A stretch of 32,000 bases of DNA from Crocosphaera subtropica ATCC 51142 (lineage in GTDB: Bacteria; Cyanobacteriota; Cyanobacteriia; Cyanobacteriales; Microcystaceae). This document shows, piece after piece, positions 1 through 8,278 of this stretch. How positions within the stretch are numbered: position 1 is the stretch's first letter; each line of letters opens with the position of its first letter. Where the stretch lies: positions 810,001-842,000 of the forward strand of contig NC_010546.1 of NCBI RefSeq assembly GCF_000017845.1, given 5' to 3'. A model generated the notes under the pieces. That model did no database searches, was not told the DNA's origin, and saw only the letters and a list, made by a program, of their open reading frames with translations. Position numbers and translations under genes: made by a program.

Positions 1-664
1 GAAGTTTTCCCCGATGAGTTTCCATTCAACTAAGTTCTCTTATAAAAAGAGAGAAATATCGATCGCCTTAAGGCAACGAGTTGGTTCATCAGAATGTTTC
101 CATTCAACTAAGTTCTCTTATAAAAAGAGAGTTACCTACATATACAGCGTAATGAGATAATGTTCCCAGTGGAGGTTTCCATTCAACTAAGTTCTCTTAT
201 AAAAAGAGAGTCGAGAGGCCCATTTATTTGCACTAGGATCAAAGATTCTAGAGTTTCCATTCAACTAAGTTCTCTTATAAAAAGAGAGTCTCCTTGTCCC
301 CTTATGCTCATGATCGCCTTTCCTTGGTTTCCATTCAACTAAGTTCTCTTATAAAAAGAGAGTAGAACAATTGAGATAGAAGTCCCCAATTTAGGAAAAC
401 GCATAGTTTCCATTCAACTAAGTTCTCTTATAAAAAGAGAGAGATCTTTATACCTCGAATGATTAGTTTTCGATTATGTTTCCATTCAACTAAGTTCTCT
501 TATAAAAAGAGAGCAATCTATTAAGATTGCCTTTTTTAACTTTTTGTTTCAATGTTTCCATTCAACTAAGTTCTCTTATAAAAAGAGAGTTCATTAACGA
601 TGAAGAACAAAAGGAAAAATCCTTTGATGTTTCCATTCAACTAAGTTCTCTTATAAAAAGAGAG
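1..664. CRISPR. CRISPR array with nine 36-nt repeats, truncated by the left window edge
   Basis: Nine identical copies of GTTTCCATTCAACTAAGTTCTCTTATAAAAAGAGAG start at 18, 96, 175, 253, 327, 406, 478, 554 and 629. Eight complete, unrelated spacers measure 42, 43, 42, 38, 43, 36, 40 and 39 nt. The partial spacer at 1-17 shows the array continues to the left. Strand is left open; the minus-strand reading ends ...GAATGGAAAC (see findings). Confidence 0.95.
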
Positions 665-885
665 GGTACTCGCTACAGCCCCTATCCTGTCTAGAGTCTA
701 GAGGCGGTTTGCGAGGGATAGCTTTATTGTAGTCTTAGAACCAGAAAAAGTCCTCCGTAAAATCCCCGAAATCCGCATCAGGTAAGGGTGCGAGGGTTAG
801 AACGAAATCATGAGGGTTACAGAGATTTTGCTTATCCCTCGCAAGATGATGATACAAAATCATCTCAGTTCTCAAAAATATGGTA

Positions 886-1224
886 TTACAAATCAAGCAG
901 AGGAAAGCGACGGGTAGGACGATCATAGTCTCCTAAATTGTAATCTGTATCTTGATAAGCATCATTTAGTTGTCTGACTCTGGTTTCATACAAATCTAAG
1001 TCAAAATTGCTAGACTCTAAAGAAGGAGACGGTTCGCGATCAGGAAACTCACCACCGAGTCCCCAGTTCCAGTCATCAATGGTTCTCGGTTCAACTCCTG
1101 TTAAATCTTCACTAGAAGTGGTTGCTAAACTGTCAAAATCAGAAGAACGCAAAACCTGAGAAATAGCTTTAGGGGCCATAGAAATCAGGCTACAGGTAAT
1201 CAGAATAGAGGGGATAACTTTCAT
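886..1224 (-). CDS. hypothetical secreted acidic protein
   Basis: Track ORF 886..1263 starts at an upstream GTG. The internal ATG at 1224 gives MKVIPSILITCSLISMAPKAISQ, which looks like a signal peptide, followed by a D/E/S-rich mature part. No family recognised. Confidence 0.5.
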   Translation of the reverse strand: MKVIPSILITCSLISMAPKAISQVLRSSDFDSLATTSSEDLTGVEPRTIDDWNWGLGGEFPDREPSPSLESSNFDLDLYETRVRQLNDAYQDTDYNLGDYDRPTRRFPLLDL

Positions 1225-1610
1225 GGTATTCCTAAGAATAAGATCCTTATCTCCCCAGGCCACACTTTTTTATTTTAAGTAATAAAAATATTAGGGAAGA
1301 TTTCCCCTAGTAAATATTATAACTTGACCTCTAAGCTATCAGAAAAGCAAAAAATGTTATTTGATAATTATATAGGTTTCTTTACAAGTTGTTGGATTTT
1401 GAAACGATTTGAACTTTGGGGGGTTATACAGTATGTAGTAAGTTTTTTAGAGCAAGCATTCAGCCATTAGCCCACTTTCTGTGTTTATAAAGCAACCAAA
1501 ATTAAAGGAATGCTTACCACTTTCATTCAAAAGCTGAAGCTTTAATTACGAACTTTTTTACTTGCGAGCTAAAATAAAAAAAGATAGACATCTCAAGGAG
1601 AAATTTAAAA

Positions 1611-2168
1611 ATGTTTAATGCTTCATCTAAATGGTTATTACCAGTGATTGCAGGGGTCGCTGTTATGGGGGTTGCTGGTACAATGTACTTAAACCCTTCA
1701 ACCAATAATAATCAAGCCATTACTCAACCTTCTAATGAAACTATTTTAGCCAGTAATTGGGACAGGGTGAACGAATCTTATAACGGAAATATGTCCATGA
1801 CTGTCTACCGAAGTCCCTCTTGTGGTTGTTGTGGAATTTGGGTTGATCATGCTGAAAAACACGGCTTTAAAATTACTGATATTAAAACCGATGATATGGC
1901 TAGTATTAAACAAAAACATAACATTAGTTCCAATTTAGAATCATGTCATACTGCTATTATTGATGGTTATGTTATGGAAGGTCATATTCCTGCTGATGAT
2001 ATTAAACGGTTTCTAAAAGAAAAACCCGATATGATTGGCTTATCGGTTCCAGGAATGCCCATAGGAACCCCAGGAATGGAAGCAGGAAATACAAAACAAC
2101 CCTTTGCTGTTTTTGCTATCAATAAAGATGGCAGCACACAAGTCTATAAAGAATACGAGACTTATTAA
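1611..2168 (+). CDS. DUF411 (CopG-like) metal-binding protein
   Basis: N-terminal TM/signal segment. Carries the family-typical motifs SCGCCGIWVDH, SCHTAIIDGYVMEGHIP and VPGMPIGTPGME. AAGGAG lies upstream of the ATG. Sits directly upstream of a multicopper oxidase. Confidence 0.85.
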   Translation: MFNASSKWLLPVIAGVAVMGVAGTMYLNPSTNNNQAITQPSNETILASNWDRVNESYNGNMSMTVYRSPSCGCCGIWVDHAEKHGFKITDIKTDDMASIKQKHNISSNLESCHTAIIDGYVMEGHIPADDIKRFLKEKPDMIGLSVPGMPIGTPGMEAGNTKQPFAVFAINKDGSTQVYKEYETY

Positions 2169-2180
2169 AAATTGAAGTTG

Positions 2181-2208
2181 ATAGAGACGTTATTATCAGC
2201 GTCTCTAT
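2181..2208 (+). terminator. stem-loop between the DUF411 and oxidase genes (weak terminator or attenuator candidate)
   Basis: ATAGAGACG (2181-2189) pairs with CGTCTCTAT (2200-2208), giving a 9-bp stem and 10-nt loop. The tail is only GGTTTAAAAAAA, so termination is likely partial at best. Confidence 0.3.
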
Positions 2209-2234
2209 GGTTTAAAAAAAGTTAGGAATTAGTT

Positions 2235-3755
2235 ATGAAATCTATCAATCGTCGTAATTTTTTAATTTTAGGAACGTCAACAACGATATTAGCATTAGGA
2301 ACCCACCAAGTCATCAAAAAATTACAGTCTAACAATAATGATTTTTCCAATAAAAGTTATGCGCTAAATTCTCAAAATATCATTTCTAGTCAAAATGGGC
2401 TACTAGAAACCACTTTAGAAGCCAGTTATCAAGAAGTACCATTAGGAAATAGAACAGCTAAATTATTAACCTATAATGGTCAAGTTCCAGGTCCAAGATT
2501 AGAAGCGAAACCAGGGGATAAAGTTCGCCTTCATTTTGTTAATAACCTCTCCCAATCAACCAATATCCATTATCATGGGTTACATCTTCCCCCAACAGGA
2601 AACGCAGATAATGTTTTTTTAGAAGTTAAACCGAAAGAAAAATTGACCTATGAATTTGAGATATCTCCTAAACAAACTGGTGGAATTAACTGGTATCATC
2701 CCCACTTACACGGGTTAGTCGCAGAACAATTATCGGGAGGGTTAGCTGGCTTATTTATTATTCGTGATCAATTAGATGAAATTCCCGAAATTAAAGCAGC
2801 TAAAGAAGAATTTTTAGTCTTACAAGATTTTTCTTTAGACGATAATGGGGATTTATTACCCTCAAATCGAATGCCATTAATGATGGGTCGAGAAGGCAAT
2901 GTAATTACTGTAAATGGTAAAATAAATCCTTCTTTTTCTGTGCCAGAGAATGGCTTATTAAGATTAAGAATTGTCAATGCTTCAACGTCTCGCTTTTATA
3001 ATTTATCTTTAGAAAATCATCCTTTTTACCTAATCGCTAATGATGGAACGACGTTAGAAAAACCTATAGAACTATCAGAAATTTTATTAACCCCAGGAGA
3101 AAGGGTGGAAGTCTTAATTAAAGGGGATAAAAACCCAGGTAACTATCAGTTAGTTAGTTTACCCTATAATCGGGGTTCGATGGGAATGATGGGAGGTGGA
3201 ATGATGGGAGGTGGAATGATGGGAAGAGGAAGAATGGGAAGAGGAATGATGGGAAACCGAAGAAATAATATTGATAATAATAGCCCTATTCCTTTAGCAA
3301 CCATTAACTATGAAAATGCAGTTACTCCTTTAAATTTACCCACCGAACTAATGCCTATTTCTCCTTTACCTCAACCTCAAAACACCAGACAATTTTCTTT
3401 AAACCACGGAATGTCCCCAGGGATAGGAATGGCTTTTTTAATCAATGGAGAACCCTATCAACATGATACAGTACAAACTCAAGTTAAATTGAATACTGTA
3501 GAAGAGTGGGAGATCATTAATACCGGAGTCATGGACCATCCTTTTCATGTTCATACCAATAAGTTTCAAGTCATGAGTCGTAATGGTATTCCGAACCCTT
3601 ATCCAACCTGGAAAGATACCATTTTAGTGCGTCGAGGGGAAAGGATTCGTATTCGTATTCCTTTTGAAGATTTTACAGGGAAAACAGTCTATCATTGTCA
3701 TATTTTAGATCATGAAGATTTAGGAATGATGGGAAGTTTATTAATTAATGCTTGA
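2235..3755 (+). CDS. Tat-exported multicopper oxidase (CueO/CopA-like) with a Met/Gly-rich insert
   Basis: Twin-arginine signal (RRNFLILG). All four copper-ligand motifs are present: HYHGLH, WYHPHLHG, HPFHVH and HCHILDHEDLGMM. Met-rich stretch MGMMGGGMMGGGMMGRGRMGRGMMG. Confidence 0.9.
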   Translation: MKSINRRNFLILGTSTTILALGTHQVIKKLQSNNNDFSNKSYALNSQNIISSQNGLLETTLEASYQEVPLGNRTAKLLTYNGQVPGPRLEAKPGDKVRLHFVNNLSQSTNIHYHGLHLPPTGNADNVFLEVKPKEKLTYEFEISPKQTGGINWYHPHLHGLVAEQLSGGLAGLFIIRDQLDEIPEIKAAKEEFLVLQDFSLDDNGDLLPSNRMPLMMGREGNVITVNGKINPSFSVPENGLLRLRIVNASTSRFYNLSLENHPFYLIANDGTTLEKPIELSEILLTPGERVEVLIKGDKNPGNYQLVSLPYNRGSMGMMGGGMMGGGMMGRGRMGRGMMGNRRNNIDNNSPIPLATINYENAVTPLNLPTELMPISPLPQPQNTRQFSLNHGMSPGIGMAFLINGEPYQHDTVQTQVKLNTVEEWEIINTGVMDHPFHVHTNKFQVMSRNGIPNPYPTWKDTILVRRGERIRIRIPFEDFTGKTVYHCHILDHEDLGMMGSLLINA

Positions 3756-3920
3756 TGCTTTTTCTGGTTGATAGTCTCGTTTTTTAGGAGAACAAAGTTA
3801 AACTTTTAGATTTATTAATTTTATTATTTTGAGTTTAGGAGTTATGATCGATGGTTGAAAACTGGTTAAATTAGTCCGGTCTAGTTTATAGTATCTGAGA
3901 GTGTTCGTCTATCTATTTTT

Positions 3921-4694
3921 ATGGTGCTTTCTCGGAACGATTCAAAACAACCAGTACAAGTGGCTAAATACGTCCCCAAACTCTCAGAAGTCCAAAAATT
4001 AGAAATAGAGCAGAAAAAAAATGTCATGCTCTTGGTTGAGAATTTAATGCAGAGAGAAGCGGCCACCTTTAAGATGATTATTGATTGTCTTTATGATGTG
4101 GGTTCTCTCAATTTAATTAATAAAAAAGTTTCTCTGCGGTTTCTCAAGTCTTTGATAAGATTCATTGTTAAACTAGCTAAAACTATTTTTCGATCAATTG
4201 CTTTTTATTGGGTTGTTAAGAATACCCCTGAATTAATTACTAATTGGTTAATCAATAAAATTATGATTTCTCGTGAACCCAAAAGAAAACCATTGAAAAC
4301 TGCAAAAAAGTCGGGTCAAATTTCAAAAGCTAAAAAAGCACAAATTAAGCAGAAAAAAAAGATACAAAAAAAATCACCAACTGTCGTTAAATATTTCCCC
4401 AAACTGTCAGAAGCACAAAAGCTAGAAATAGAGCAGAGAAAAAATGTTATCCTCTTAGTTGAAAATTTGATGGAGCGAGAGGAAGCAACATTTAAGATGA
4501 TTATTGATTGTCTTTATGAGGTGGGTTCGGTTAATTTAATCAATCAAAAAGTTGCTATGCGTCCTCTCAACCGAGTGATGAGATTAATTGCTAGATTATC
4601 AAAACCTAGTTTTCGGGCAGTAGCTTTTTATTGGGTAAAAAGAAATACTCCTGAATTAATTACAGATTGGTTACTCAGTAAAGTTCGATTTTAA
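3921..4694 (+). CDS. hypothetical protein made of two tandem 101-aa units joined by a Lys-rich linker
   Basis: Long ORF. Unit 1 covers aa 14-114 and unit 2 covers aa 155-255, with about 70 of 101 identical residues by hand alignment. Shared motifs are KLSExQKLEIEQ, ATFKMIIDCLY and AFYWVxxNTPELIT. No family recognised. Confidence 0.65.
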   Translation: MVLSRNDSKQPVQVAKYVPKLSEVQKLEIEQKKNVMLLVENLMQREAATFKMIIDCLYDVGSLNLINKKVSLRFLKSLIRFIVKLAKTIFRSIAFYWVVKNTPELITNWLINKIMISREPKRKPLKTAKKSGQISKAKKAQIKQKKKIQKKSPTVVKYFPKLSEAQKLEIEQRKNVILLVENLMEREEATFKMIIDCLYEVGSVNLINQKVAMRPLNRVMRLIARLSKPSFRAVAFYWVKRNTPELITDWLLSKVRF

Positions 4695-4754
4695 TGATAT
4701 CAGACAATTTGTGGACAATCAGTCTTTTTCAGCAAGTCTCAAACCCTACTCAGG

Positions 4755-5597
4755 TTATAATAAAGCCCGAAATTCCCGTTGATAGGCTTGATTATCTAAC
4801 CCATCTCCCTGATAGGCCATTTCGGGGTTAACGGCTTGGGTTAAGGCTTCAACCCGTTGGGAACTACCCGGATGGGTACTCAGAAAAGCAGGAGGCGATC
4901 CACCTTTTTGAGTTAATTTTTTCATGAAGGTGATCATACCAATAGGAGCATACCCAGCTTGTCGTAAGTTCTGTAAACCTACTTGATCCGCTTCTAGTTC
5001 AGCTTCTCGACTATTGGGAAGATTAACTGCTAATTGTACCCCTAAATTAACAATATCATTTTCATTCAATCCAGCAGCGGACATTAATCCCTGAGAAATA
5101 GCAACGTTTCGCATTTGTTTAATGGAATGACGTTCGGTGATATGGGCTATTTCATGACCAACAACACTGGCTAATTCTGCCTCATTTTCAGCAGCAGCAA
5201 TTAAGCCAGTATTGACATAAACAAAACCTCCCATTGTGGCAAAGGCGTTGATAGAATCATCTTGAATAACTTGGAAGGTAAAGGGTAAATTCGGACGACT
5301 GCTATTTCGTGCTAGGCGTTGACCAATGCGATCAACTCTTTCAATTAAAGCTCGATTTCGAGATAACCGAAATTGTCCACTACTGATTAATTCTCGGTTA
5401 ATTTGCTGTCCATATTTGACTTCTTGAGAGTCAGATAAAGTAGATAACTGTATGACTTGTACCCCTTGAAATATCCAATTTAACCACGATTGACCATAAC
5501 TTGGTTGTGGGGAAGAAACAATAATACTACCACTCATTAAAGTGACCAGTAAACCATAAATTAAAGAACGACGAAAGGGGCGTTTAAACTTCATCAT
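4755..5597 (-). CDS. M48-family zinc metallopeptidase
   Basis: HEIAH (HExxH) within VVGHEIAHITERH. N-terminal hydrophobic segment. The track start at 5615 is TTG; the ATG pair at 5597/5594 (MMKFKRPF) is the more likely start. Confidence 0.85.
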   Translation of the reverse strand: MMKFKRPFRRSLIYGLLVTLMSGSIIVSSPQPSYGQSWLNWIFQGVQVIQLSTLSDSQEVKYGQQINRELISSGQFRLSRNRALIERVDRIGQRLARNSSRPNLPFTFQVIQDDSINAFATMGGFVYVNTGLIAAAENEAELASVVGHEIAHITERHSIKQMRNVAISQGLMSAAGLNENDIVNLGVQLAVNLPNSREAELEADQVGLQNLRQAGYAPIGMITFMKKLTQKGGSPPAFLSTHPGSSQRVEALTQAVNPEMAYQGDGLDNQAYQREFRALL

Positions 5598-5821
5598 AAC
5601 CAATAAATTCAACAAGAGAAACTCTAATAGATGTTCTTTTTATTTCTGAATGTGTTTCCATTATACCCATAATTTTTATTTTCTAAACCCCTATTTTGTT
5701 ACAGCTAATAAATTGTCTATTGGTTTCCCTTTATTTCTACTTCTTTCTACTTATTTCCCTAATGAATGTAAGATGACGGAACAGTTTATATTAAATTTTT
5801 TGGCTCCATCATCTTCAGGAT

Positions 5822-6163
5822 CTAAACGTCAAATAAGGATTCAAATTCCTTACGCAAGGCTTCTATCTTTCCCACTCTAGCAACAATCACCGTGTCTGAA
5901 TCAATAGTATGACAATGATTTTGCCAATAACGGACTTTATCTTCATTTTTTAACCAAAAATTAACAATACTGCCTACTACATCGTCCCAGTTCCAATCGG
6001 GTTTTTTCGGAATATTCTCCACTGACTCAATAAAGCCATCGAGACTACATTCATGGCTTCCTAAATAGGCTTTACCACGATTTTGATTTTGTTCTAGTTG
6101 TTGTTGATAATTAAAAAAAGTTAAAAGGGAAGTCGTGCCGATAATGTCAAAACAATAGTTCAT
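5822..6163 (-). CDS. hypothetical protein (113 aa)
   Basis: ATG-initiated ORF with ordinary composition. It fills the gap between the M48 gene and a long intergenic region. No motif recognised. Confidence 0.55.
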   Translation of the reverse strand: MNYCFDIIGTTSLLTFFNYQQQLEQNQNRGKAYLGSHECSLDGFIESVENIPKKPDWNWDDVVGSIVNFWLKNEDKVRYWQNHCHTIDSDTVIVARVGKIEALRKEFESLFDV

Positions 6164-6536
6164 AAGCTGTTTTTTCTTGTGTTTTTCTTTTAAATGTTGA
6201 AGGTTTGTTTTGGTACTAGATCATCTAATAGTAGAGAGATTAAATTAGCACTTAAGGTTTAAGAGTGCTAAAAAAGAAAGGATTATTTTATACGACATGA
6301 TAACGAATCTATATCGAGAAAACTGTTAATAATAAACCTTTGATAATGTTTTGTAATATTTCTTAAAAAAGACTGAAAAGTAAAAAATAATAAGATCCTA
6401 ATTTTTTCTGGTTCAATATTAGAATAAATGCTGAGACTGTCTAAAAACTTTAGTAAGTTATTGGAAACTCGAAGAAAAGGAGTAATAAAAGCTAAAAATC
6501 ACTGTCAGAAATTTTAAAGATTGATGACCTTATTTT

Positions 6537-6565
6537 TTGATAAGGAAATTACGTTAAAGTATAAT
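6537..6565 (+). promoter_or_regulatory. sigma70-type promoter candidate for pdxH
   Basis: TTGATA (6537-6542), a 17-nt spacer, then TATAAT (6560-6565), ending 35 nt upstream of the pdxH ATG. Confidence 0.4.
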
Positions 6566-6600
6566 AGTTCAAAATTTGTACTGAAGGATTTAAACGAAGA

Positions 6601-7245
6601 ATGGATTTAACTGCTTTAAGAGAAGAATATACTCGTCATGGTTTAACGAGAGATGATTTAGAAGATAATCCTTTTAAACAGTTTGAAAAGTGGTTTCAAC
6701 AGGCTACAGAAGCAGAACTATCTGAACCGAATGCGATGAGTTTAGCCACAGCTTCAGCCAAAGGAGAACCTTCTATAAGAACCGTTCTTTTAAAATATTT
6801 TGATGAAAAAGGATTTGTTTTTTTTACAAACTACGAAAGTAGAAAAGCCCAACAAATTGAAGAAAATCCTCACGTTGCGTTATTGTTTTTATGGCTTCCT
6901 TTAGAACGTCAAGTAAAAATTCAAGGAACTGCTACCAAAGTGTCTACAGCAGAGTCTTTAAATTATTTTACCAGTCGTCCGAGAGGGAGTCAATTAGGGG
7001 CTTGGTGTTCGGCACAAAGTTCAGTTATTTCCTCACGGAAACTATTAGAAATGAAGTTTGAAGAATTAAAATATAAATTTCAACATGGAGAGATTCCTTT
7101 ACCCTCTTTTTGGGGAGGATATCGAGTCAAACCCACACGGTTTGAATTTTGGCAAGGACGACCCAACCGTTTACACGATCGCTTTTCCTATACTTTAACA
7201 GAAACAGATGACACAACTTGGGGAATTCATCGTTTAGCCCCTTAA
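6601..7245 (+). CDS. pdxH: pyridoxamine 5'-phosphate oxidase
   Basis: Full-length resemblance to PdxH: N-terminal LREEYTxxGL, [11 protein letters not shown], and C-terminal [14 protein letters not shown]...W..RLAP. Confidence 0.93.
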   Translation: MDLTALREEYTRHGLTRDDLEDNPFKQFEKWFQQATEAELSEPNAMSLATASAKGEPSIRTVLLKYFDEKGFVFFTNYESRKAQQIEENPHVALLFLWLPLERQVKIQGTATKVSTAESLNYFTSRPRGSQLGAWCSAQSSVISSRKLLEMKFEELKYKFQHGEIPLPSFWGGYRVKPTRFEFWQGRPNRLHDRFSYTLTETDDTTWGIHRLAP

Positions 7246-7476
7246 GATAAGGTATGATTTGAACAACACACTTATGAGATTAATATGTGAAAACTGACAG
7301 TATTTTTTATCAACTCTTTCAAACCTTTCCCCCTTGCTTTTTTGATTGACTGAATTCTCCAGAAGAGACAGTTAATTATTATCAATTGCCAAACAAAAGC
7401 AAAACGTTCTATCATTAATCTAAATACTTTGTTAATATTGTTCACATAAGCAATCCGACGGAGAAACACTATTATT

Positions 7477-8178
7477 ATGACTCAATCGACCAAATCTACT
7501 GTTATCTCCCCTTCCATCCTTTCGGCTGATTTTAGCCGTTTAGGTGCAGAAATTGAAGCAGTGGATAAAGCGGGCGCAGACTGGATTCATGTTGATGTCA
7601 TGGACGGTCGTTTTGTTCCTAACATCACCATCGGACCATTAATTGTTGATGCCATTCGCCCCTACACCAAAAAACCCCTCGATGTTCATTTAATGATCGT
7701 TGAACCTGAAAAATATGTAGCTGACTTTGCTAAAGCAGGGGCTGACATTATCTCCGTTCATGCAGAACATAACGCTTCACCACACTTACACCGCACTTTA
7801 GGTCAAATTCGGGAATTAGGCAAACAAGCAGGGGTTGTTCTCAATCCTTCTACTCCCTTAGACTTAATTGAATATGTCTTAGAATTGTGTGATTTAGTCT
7901 TGATTATGAGTGTTAACCCTGGTTTCGGGGGACAAAGCTTTATTCCTGAAATGGTGACTAAAATTCGCAAATTACGTCAAATGTGCGACGAAAAAGGACT
8001 TGATCCCTGGATTGAAGTGGATGGGGGACTCAAACCTGCTAACACCTGGCAGGTGTTAGAAGCTGGAGCTAATGCAATTGTAGCAGGATCAGCTGTCTTT
8101 AAAGCAGATGACTATGCAGAAGCCATTGAAGGGATTCGTAATAGCAAGCGTCCTCAACCTGAGTTAGCAACTGTATAA
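7477..8178 (+). CDS. rpe: ribulose-phosphate 3-epimerase
   Basis: Characteristic motifs: [33 protein letters not shown] and VDGG. Confidence 0.95.
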   Translation: MTQSTKSTVISPSILSADFSRLGAEIEAVDKAGADWIHVDVMDGRFVPNITIGPLIVDAIRPYTKKPLDVHLMIVEPEKYVADFAKAGADIISVHAEHNASPHLHRTLGQIRELGKQAGVVLNPSTPLDLIEYVLELCDLVLIMSVNPGFGGQSFIPEMVTKIRKLRQMCDEKGLDPWIEVDGGLKPANTWQVLEAGANAIVAGSAVFKADDYAEAIEGIRNSKRPQPELATV

Positions 8179-8180
8179 TA

Positions 8181-8209
8181 AGAGGCGATCAATAGCGATC
8201 GCTCTTTTC
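8181..8209 (+). terminator. intrinsic terminator candidate after rpe
   Basis: AGAGGCGATC (8181-8190) pairs with GATCGCTCT (8197-8205), giving 9 bp with one bulge and a 6-nt loop, followed by TTTT. The stem is built on a HIP1 site. Confidence 0.5.
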
Positions 8210-8227
8210 ACGCCGTAATCCATAACA

Positions 8228-8278
8228 GTAGGATAGGGGTCAACAGCAGTCGCCCCCTATCCTACTTATTTTCTTATT
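8228..8278 (+). terminator. second stem-loop with a T-rich tail between rpe and the convergent oxidoreductase gene
   Basis: GTAGGATAGGGG (8228-8239) pairs with CCCCTATCCTAC (8254-8265), a perfect 12-bp stem with a 14-nt loop, followed by TTATTTTCTTATT. Confidence 0.4.

Noticed and set aside
160-342. 60-aa plus-strand ORF from the track
   Set aside because: It lies wholly inside the CRISPR array. Its peptide repeats (SIQLSSLIKRES) are just translated CRISPR repeats.
790-803. GAGGGTTAGAAC resembles GAGGGTTAGGAC just outside the right IS end (28217-28228)
   Set aside because: This is an 11 of 12 match with no extended similarity, compatible with chance in a window this size.
735-926. 63-aa minus-strand ORF in the array flank
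   Set aside because: It overlaps the 3' end of the 886..1224 gene and has no RBS or recognisable motif. The region is better explained by the repeat motifs described in the findings.
665-1600. Search for an anti-repeat (tracrRNA-like) match to the CRISPR repeat next to the array
   Set aside because: Only a 7-nt chance match (AGTTCTC at about 868) was seen. Nothing supports a type II or V tracrRNA.
1523-1705. 60-aa minus-strand ORF
   Set aside because: It is antisense to the start and upstream region of the DUF411 gene, low-complexity and AT-driven.
2768-2977. Antisense shadow ORFs inside well-supported genes. Coordinates in this class: 2768..2977, 8992..9204, 11064..11246, 11401..11670, 17706..17987, 18828..19040, 18874..19251, 20113..20301, 22625..22888, 23395..23607, 24450..24665, 28441..28716, 29314..29625.
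   Set aside because: Each is fully embedded opposite a gene with strong family motifs. None has recognisable motifs of its own.
3881-4066. 61-aa minus-strand ORF
   Set aside because: It is antisense to the 5' end of the duplicated-unit gene, with no supporting signals.
5651-5665. GTTTCCATT, a 9-nt match to the start of the CRISPR repeat
   Set aside because: It is too short and lacks the rest of the repeat, so it is a chance match and not an orphan repeat.
5650-5880. 76-aa plus-strand ORF
   Set aside because: It sits in an AT-rich intergenic stretch, overlaps the 3' end of the 113-aa gene, and has an F/L/Y-rich composition typical of random AT-rich frames.
7272-7469. 65-aa minus-strand ORF between pdxH and rpe
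   Set aside because: GTG start without an RBS. It lies opposite the likely rpe promoter region and has no recognisable features. It cannot be fully excluded as a small protein.
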